From the sequence record MH992122.1: a stretch of DNA of 64,000 nt, one strand, 5' to 3'. Of this stretch, positions 58,767 through 64,000 are shown one piece after another (position 1 is the first letter of the stretch; each line of letters begins with the position of its first letter). This DNA comes from Escherichia phage OLB35. Below the pieces are notes generated by a model that saw only the letters and a program-made list of their open reading frames with translations, searched no databases and had not been told where the DNA came from. A program made the translations under genes and the position numbers.

Positions 58767-59343
58767 ACAACCCTGTCAAATCATTCCAATGCTTCCGGCA
58801 TAATGACACGTATCTATCGGTATCACCAATTTCAATTTGACTGCCATCTGTAATTGGAAGTCCGTCTTCCGTGACTCTAGCTACCATTGTGGCTTTTTTA
58901 CCGCAATGACAGACACCTTTAAGTTCAACAAGCTTATCGGCAATAGCCATTAATGCTTGAGAACCTTCAAATAGATTACCTTTAAAATCTGTTCGTAGTC
59001 CGTATGCCATTACCGGCACATTGTATACGTCAACAATACGACTAAGTTGATACACCTTTTCAGTAGTTAAGAACTGAGCTTCGTCAACAAATACACAGTG
59101 AATATCCTTTTGTGCTGCAGCCCATTTATAAAATTCAAAGATATCCATGTCTTTTGTAATTATATTGGCATCCTGACGAATACCAATACGGGAGACTATT
59201 TCACCTTTTGAATCGCGAGTATCAATAGCCGGTTTAAGAACTAATACACCCATGCCACGTTCTTTATAGTTATGTGCGGCAGTAAGTAATGAAGCAGACT
59301 TACCAGCGTTCATAGCGGCATAGGTAAAAATTAAACTAGCCAT
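58762..59343 (-). CDS. tk: thymidine kinase
   Basis: 193 aa; P-loop AAMNAGKSASLL and Zn-ribbon cysteines; matches T4 Tk. Confidence 0.92.
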   Translation of the reverse strand: MASLIFTYAAMNAGKSASLLTAAHNYKERGMGVLVLKPAIDTRDSKGEIVSRIGIRQDANIITKDMDIFEFYKWAAAQKDIHCVFVDEAQFLTTEKVYQLSRIVDVYNVPVMAYGLRTDFKGNLFEGSQALMAIADKLVELKGVCHCGKKATMVARVTEDGLPITDGSQIEIGDTDRYVSLCRKHWNDLTGLL

Positions 59344-59352
59344 AAGAGTCCC

Positions 59353-59535
59353 TTATAGTGAATTCACGTAGTCAATGAGTTCTTGTTCTTTCCTGTCAAA
59401 TGATTCCATCAATGCTTGATATTCTTCGTCTGTTAAAGGAGCATATTCATCGTACGCATTAGTGGCTGCTTGCTCATCCAATAGGTCATGGATAAGTTCG
59501 AACAGTTTAGTTTTCTCTTCTTTAGTTAATTTCAT
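59353..59535 (-). CDS. hypothetical small acidic protein
   Basis: 60-aa ORF. Confidence 0.4.
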   Translation of the reverse strand: MKLTKEEKTKLFELIHDLLDEQAATNAYDEYAPLTDEEYQALMESFDRKEQELIDYVNSL

Positions 59536-59753
59536 TTAGGTTCACCTTCTTTAATGAAATCCGGATAAGGATTAAATCCAGAATAAAATCCTTCACCTTT
59601 ATGATTGCTACAACCCTTGTTCGAGCAATAGCACCAATAATCAAAATCACAAGCCATTTCGTCATTGCATAGAGCAAATACTACAGGCCATTCACATTTT
59701 TCACATTTAGCACCTGTAAGAATTTTTGTTTGGCTCATAACAATGGTTCCCAA
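59532..59753 (-). CDS. Cys-rich small protein
   Basis: 73 aa with multiple Cys pairs. Confidence 0.45.
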   Translation of the reverse strand: MGTIVMSQTKILTGAKCEKCEWPVVFALCNDEMACDFDYWCYCSNKGCSNHKGEGFYSGFNPYPDFIKEGEPK

Positions 59754-60232
59754 TCAACAATCACAATTTCTAGTTTAGTGGAATACGTATCTAAAATCTC
59801 TTCGATGACATCCCAGTTTCCGCCACCGATACCTGCACCAATTCTTGGCATATAAATTACAGGCTTTGTTATCTTATTCTTTCCGAATTCATTTAATTCT
59901 ATTATACAATTCATTAAAGCAGGGTACTCAAAATTAGGTCCCGGCTCAAACTGTGTATAAAGATTAAAGCAATAAGCTTTATGGGTCTTAAAATATTTTT
60001 CATAAACCGAATAAGTCCCGAGTTTAGACTCGTCTCCGAATTCGGTTTGAAGTTTATCTGCTTCCAGAATTTTTGGATAAGCCTTTGCCAATTGACCTGC
60101 TACACCGGCACCCATTGTATGAAAACAATTGCACCCATGAGCAATATTATTACCTTTAGAAAACAGGGCGACAATATCGCCCTTGATATAGTTTTTAATC
60201 ACTTGCTGCAAGTCCTCTAGTATAAGAGTCAA
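59735..60232 (-). CDS. macro-domain protein (ADP-ribose binding/hydrolase-like)
   Basis: 165 aa; ...NIAHGCNCFHTMGAGVAGQLAKAYP... and ...GAGIGGGNW... resemble macrodomain motifs. Confidence 0.6.
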   Translation of the reverse strand: MTLILEDLQQVIKNYIKGDIVALFSKGNNIAHGCNCFHTMGAGVAGQLAKAYPKILEADKLQTEFGDESKLGTYSVYEKYFKTHKAYCFNLYTQFEPGPNFEYPALMNCIIELNEFGKNKITKPVIYMPRIGAGIGGGNWDVIEEILDTYSTKLEIVIVDWEPLL

Positions 60233-60542
60233 CTAGACGGTCCACCATAGAATTGCATGCTGCCTTATCTTTAGGTTCCGCCACCGAGCATTCTAATATT
60301 TGCCATTTTTTATGATATCGTTTAATTAAGGTAGACGCCTTGAACCTACTAGACGCCCCATCTTTTTCTCCGTCTTTATATGCGTATAACAATTTTTGTG
60401 AAAAATCTACTTTACACTCTTGACTTTTACCACAATAATCAGACGCCGTTCTGTTTGTATACTCCGTTACATCAGTATATGTAGTATTAGCAAGAGCGTT
60501 AAATGAAACCAAGCCAACTATTAAAGCCAACATTTTGGTCAT
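60195..60542 (-). CDS. secreted protein (signal peptide)
   Basis: 115 aa, N-terminal signal peptide, several Cys. Confidence 0.5.
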   Translation of the reverse strand: MTKMLALIVGLVSFNALANTTYTDVTEYTNRTASDYCGKSQECKVDFSQKLLYAYKDGEKDGASSRFKASTLIKRYHKKWQILECSVAEPKDKAACNSMVDRLVDSYTRGLAASD

Positions 60543-61081
60543 TCTTTTACTTCCAGTAGTTTATTTGATTTAAGGTAATTAGCCTTTTCTAGGACTTCAG
60601 AAGCATATTTACTGCCAGCACTTGTCTTCCATCCCGCATTATATGAGGATATAGCTTTTCTTATATCCCCGTTATGTATATTTAACCAATAAGAAAATTC
60701 GATATAAGCCCATCTTGTTGAATTAGACCGCTTAGATAGCATTTTCTTAATTTGGGCATCAGTCATATTATAACCAAGCTGGTTAATTCTTGCCCTCATT
60801 GTTGGTAGATAGTTTTGGAACATTCCATACGCATGGTGACCTTTCTTATCTTTAAGATTAATACCGGCAGATGATTCTTGCCATAGTATTGCGGCCATTA
60901 TGTATCCAAGTCCTTTCTTATGCATATTTTCATGCGTTTTAAATTTTCCGTCCTTAGAAAACTGTTCCCCAAACTGATAAGCATAATTCAAGTTATCGAG
61001 TTGGACATTACTAAAAGTATGCTCGGAGCTATGTGCTGATAACGAAAGAGCAAATAGACCAGCGAGTAGTGCTTTTCTCAT
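60539..61081 (-). CDS. periplasmic lytic transglycosylase-like protein
   Basis: 180 aa; signal peptide; ...AAILWQESSAG... SLT-type catalytic Glu motif. Confidence 0.55.
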   Translation of the reverse strand: MRKALLAGLFALSLSAHSSEHTFSNVQLDNLNYAYQFGEQFSKDGKFKTHENMHKKGLGYIMAAILWQESSAGINLKDKKGHHAYGMFQNYLPTMRARINQLGYNMTDAQIKKMLSKRSNSTRWAYIEFSYWLNIHNGDIRKAISSYNAGWKTSAGSKYASEVLEKANYLKSNKLLEVKE

Positions 61082-61089
61082 GTTTACCT

Positions 61090-61548
61090 CTAGATTTTAA
61101 TCACTGCTTTAGAAGCTTTTCCTGGTAGTCGTTTACTGTTAATAATAGCCATTCTACATTGAAGAGTCTTCATTTTGAATGCCGGATTTTCGCGACAAAC
61201 TGTAAGTCCTAACCAAAGATTTCCATCAGTTATTTCTAAACGGCCTGGGCGATATTCGACACCTTCGACAAAATCTTCATCAACATCTGGACGTGCCGGC
61301 ATTGATAAAAATTCTGCAACTTCTTTAACATGATTTTTTACTTTACGAAATAATTCAAAAACGTAATTCTCATCTATTTCTCTCTGGATGGCACGATCTA
61401 AGAGATGTTGAGAATACTTGATATGAAAGCCTGGTAGTCCAAGAGACTTTGCAGCATCTTTTATACCGGCATTGATTTGACGAAACTCCGTTTCAAAGAT
61501 TCGACGGAGTTTATTGCGACGGATAAAAACTTCCGAATTGATAGTCAT
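61090..61548 (-). CDS. regB: RegB site-specific endoribonuclease
   Basis: ORF trimmed to ATG at 61546-61548 (MTINSEVFIRRNKLRR...), matches T4 RegB. Confidence 0.88.
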   Translation of the reverse strand: MTINSEVFIRRNKLRRIFETEFRQINAGIKDAAKSLGLPGFHIKYSQHLLDRAIQREIDENYVFELFRKVKNHVKEVAEFLSMPARPDVDEDFVEGVEYRPGRLEITDGNLWLGLTVCRENPAFKMKTLQCRMAIINSKRLPGKASKAVIKI

Positions 61549-61556
61549 TTTTATTT

Positions 61557-61605
61557 CTCCTCTAGTTGACAGGTCTATAGTAACACAACTAGAGGAGAAG
61601 TAAAC
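61557..61605 (-). promoter_or_regulatory. early promoter within RBS-sequestering hairpin upstream of regB
   Basis: -35 GTTTAC (61600-61605), 17-bp spacer, -10 TACTAT (61577-61582); inverted repeat ctcctctagttg (61557-61568)/caactagaggag (61586-61597) contains the SD. Confidence 0.5.
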
Positions 61606-61628
61606 CACTTTTTGATAGGAATTAACTT

Positions 61629-61905
61629 TTAAACTGCTTTAGATACTTCGTCACGAACCTGGTGGAAGTTCTTGAGCTGTTCAAGGCGTTGTTCGTAATA
61701 CGCAATCTCATCTTCTTCAAGACAATCGTCAGCGTCTTCTTTCAGATATGCCTTGTACTCATTAAAGAGGGCCCATAGGCGGTTCTCAAAGTCATCAAGG
61801 CTTTGAATTTTCTTGTGCTTAGGAACAAGGCTAAAAGGATTGCTTTCAGTTATGCTTGTGACCTTTTCTTATGAGTTCCAAATACCCAGTAATAGTAGAA
61901 GCCAT
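61629..61905 (-). CDS. hypothetical protein, frame-broken at a homopolymer (absent from the ORF track)
   Basis: ATG 61903-61905 overlaps upstream stop (TAATG); after about 14 codons a T4 run (61864-61867) shifts the frame; the other frame reads ...[57 protein letters not shown] to TAA at 61629-61631. Confidence 0.35.
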
Positions 61906-62171
61906 TAGTATTTTTCCTCAGGTCGAAATACTGCACGACACGCCCACATGCTGGCTTCTTTTAGATGTTGCTTAGCGTACTTAAGAGCCTGCACTGCATC
62001 CATATCTTCTTTGGTTTGCTGCTCTGTTTCATTTTCTTTCAAGATATATGCTTCTTCAATAAGAGCATCAAACAGCAATCCAAGACGGACTTCTGCATCT
62101 TTAATAGCGTTCACTTTACCGATTTTATCATCGGTATGCGGCTTGTAGCCTTTGATGTCTTCAATCGACAT
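61905..62171 (-). CDS. hypothetical protein
   Basis: ORF 61905-62345 trimmed to ATG at 62169-62171 because the listed N-terminus overlaps the upstream gene in another frame. Confidence 0.4.
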   Translation of the reverse strand: MSIEDIKGYKPHTDDKIGKVNAIKDAEVRLGLLFDALIEEAYILKENETEQQTKEDMDAVQALKYAKQHLKEASMWACRAVFRPEEKY

Positions 62172-62385
62172 AAGGAATTTCCTCATCGGTGGCAAGGTCA
62201 TATTCGACCAATTGGATAGGCTCGTTAATACCATATCCACGTACAGTGATATCGGTTGTCGGATATTTTCCAGTAATATCACCCATTCTAAATGATTCAG
62301 TGAATGATTGCTCGCCTGAATTACTAAACCATTCTGCGAAAGCATTTAGCACATCTTTAGACCCTTCTATAATCAATTTAGCCAT
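62161..62385 (-). CDS. hypothetical protein
   Basis: 74-aa ORF, ATG overlaps the upstream stop. Confidence 0.45.
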   Translation of the reverse strand: MAKLIIEGSKDVLNAFAEWFSNSGEQSFTESFRMGDITGKYPTTDITVRGYGINEPIQLVEYDLATDEEIPYVD

Positions 62386-62747
62386 TATAGACTCTCAGTA
62401 AAGGTACGAGCGATAACGTCGCGCTGCTGTTCCGGAGTCAGAGAGTTAAAGCGAACTGCATAACCGGATACACGGATGGTCAGCTGCGGATATTTTTCCG
62501 GATGCTTAACTGCATCTTCCAGAGTTTCACGTCGCAGAACATTAACGTTCAGGTGTTGTCCACCTTCAATTTTAACTTTAGGTTGATGTTCAATTTCAAT
62601 TTCACGGGCATTCAAACCGTAGAAAATTTCCGGGTCTACAATAGCGTCTTCTTTAAAAGTCTTAGAGGCAATAATCCGGGCTTGAGTACCGTCTTCAAAA
62701 TAAATAGTGCCTTTATGTGCACCTTCAAGAATTTGATATGCTTTCAT
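62385..62747 (-). CDS. autonomous glycyl-radical cofactor (GrcA/YfiD-like, T4 Y06I-type)
   Basis: 120 aa; C-terminal ...[60 protein letters not shown] carries the RVSGY glycyl-radical motif and is essentially identical to E. coli GrcA. Confidence 0.85.
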   Translation of the reverse strand: MKAYQILEGAHKGTIYFEDGTQARIIASKTFKEDAIVDPEIFYGLNAREIEIEHQPKVKIEGGQHLNVNVLRRETLEDAVKHPEKYPQLTIRVSGYAVRFNSLTPEQQRDVIARTFTESL

Positions 62748-62753
62748 ATAACC

Positions 62754-63062
62754 TCAATTAGAAAATAAATTTATCCAAGTTTTTTCTTTAATCAAAAATG
62801 GGTCGGAATTAAACGCCATTAAACTTTGAGTGATTAATCCCTTAAATGGACCATCAATAAATTCCATTTTGAAATGCGGAATAGTAGTCATCAACCGTGC
62901 ATTAGGAGCAGTACAAAGAACCTGCTGCCCTGCGAACGGACCTTTAGTCAAACGGTATCGTTTAGGTTTAAAATGGTAAATCTCATAATTTTCTACAAGG
63001 GCCCTTTTATTGCATACTGGGCTGTTATAACAATATTCAAAAACTTCAATAGTGGTCATCAT
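62754..63062 (-). CDS. hypothetical protein
   Basis: 102-aa ORF. Confidence 0.45.
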   Translation of the reverse strand: MMTTIEVFEYCYNSPVCNKRALVENYEIYHFKPKRYRLTKGPFAGQQVLCTAPNARLMTTIPHFKMEFIDGPFKGLITQSLMAFNSDPFLIKEKTWINLFSN

Positions 63063-63634
63063 TGCATTCCAATCACAAAAAATTGAGGACGAGCATTACC
63101 GCCGATGCAATATTTGCTTTTGCAGCAGTACTGTACTGTTTTAATATGGACATTGTAAATCTTATCCATATCAGGAGCTTTAATAGGCTCGTCAATTATA
63201 TACAGAATACGAGAAAGCGTTAATCCACGGAATTTAGAACCTTCATTGCCAATAAAACTACGGACAGAATCAGTAAATAAACGGAATCGAATATCATCGC
63301 TAGAATAACGAGAAAATTCTTTTTCAATGTTGCCAGCAGAAATTTTAGCATAAGCTGAAGTATTAGAAAGAACAATAACTGTTCCACCATCATACAGCCA
63401 ATTAGCAGCAAAATTAGTCACAGCAATTGATTTACCTGATTGTCTGCCGCCGTCTAAACGAAGTGTACAGTACTGCTTGAGTACGTCTTCAAATGGTGGG
63501 ATATAACCGTTCTTACAAATTTCTTCTACTCTAGCATCAGAATGGTGTGTAAAAGCATTCATCAGGGATAGATAAGGTCCAGTTAAAAATGTTCTCATAT
63601 TATTTCTCTTAAGGTTTGGGCCATTCCGTGGCAC
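63059..63634 (-). CDS. hypothetical protein
   Basis: 191-aa ORF. Confidence 0.5.
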   Translation of the reverse strand: MPRNGPNLKRNNMRTFLTGPYLSLMNAFTHHSDARVEEICKNGYIPPFEDVLKQYCTLRLDGGRQSGKSIAVTNFAANWLYDGGTVIVLSNTSAYAKISAGNIEKEFSRYSSDDIRFRLFTDSVRSFIGNEGSKFRGLTLSRILYIIDEPIKAPDMDKIYNVHIKTVQYCCKSKYCIGGNARPQFFVIGMQ

Positions 63635-63711
63635 ATGTTAGGTCCTTCGACTCGCTATGTAAACCCATTACCGCATTGCGCTCGACCACAATTCTAGGAG
63701 AAAGTAAACTG

Positions 63712-63978
63712 TTATTTACCTTTAATTACTTTAGCTGCTTCGATAGCCGCTTGCTGAAGGTCATCCATAGACATACCGAATTTAGAAGCAAAGTTATCAA
63801 TTTTCTTTTCGACAGCATTCAAAGGCTTGGCCTGTTTACCTTCATTAGCGCCAGGAAGAGCGAGAATACGCTCTTTGTCAATATAAAGGCTTACAAGTTT
63901 CTTACGGTCTTTATCGGACAAATCATGAAATGAATGGGCCTTTTTATTTATAGCGGCTTCTAATTTACCTGCACTCAC
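63712..63978 (-). CDS. hypothetical Lys-rich protein
   Basis: 88-aa ORF. Confidence 0.4.
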   Translation of the reverse strand: MSAGKLEAAINKKAHSFHDLSDKDRKKLVSLYIDKERILALPGANEGKQAKPLNAVEKKIDNFASKFGMSMDDLQQAAIEAAKVIKGK

Positions 63979-64000
63979 TCGCGCTTCAGTAATAAATTCT

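Noticed and set aside
63945-63952. TATAAATA late-promoter match
   Set aside because: It falls inside the coding sequence of ORF 63712-63978 (AINKK codons) with no obvious downstream start at the right distance; could be coincidental
1-64000. tRNA or other structured RNA genes
   Set aside because: No cloverleaf-like segments or conserved tRNA boxes noticed; the T4 tRNA cluster lies farther along the genome than this window. Not excluded, as no covariance search could be run

Overview
The window is the left end of a T4-like (Tevenvirinae, most similar to RB69/Mosigvirus) myovirus genome: rIIA abuts coordinate 1, followed by the classic early/middle replication, recombination and nucleotide-metabolism block (39, dexA, dda, modA/modB-like, soc, 56, 61, sp, dmd, 41, 40, uvsX, 42, 43, regA, 62, 44, 45, rpbA, 46, 47, 55, nrdH/G/D, 49, nrdC, rI, tk, regB). 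Almost every gene is on the minus strand, with T4-style early promoters (GTTTAC-17bp-TATAAT-like), late promoters (TATAAATA) and UUCG-loop terminators. The most notable content is at the position where T4 carries beta-gt and imm (24199-30790): a divergent dCMP hydroxymethylase sits with a P-loop kinase-like gene and an apparent sugar-nucleotide pathway (SIS isomerase, HAD phosphatase, fused nucleotidyltransferase/anomeric kinase). There is no T4 alpha-gt between 47 and 55, and a separate GT-B-like glycosyltransferase lies next to rIIA; together this predicts a non-glucose (pentose, arabinose-type) hydroxymethylcytosine DNA glycosylation system. Reading-frame anomalies (an in-frame TGA, and frame breaks at homopolymers in the SIS gene, gene 43 and a small gene near 61865) may be assembly errors and need read-level checking. 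Gene calls rest on my recollection of T4/RB69 proteins and motif recognition, not on searches; start codons were refined by hand only where stated.
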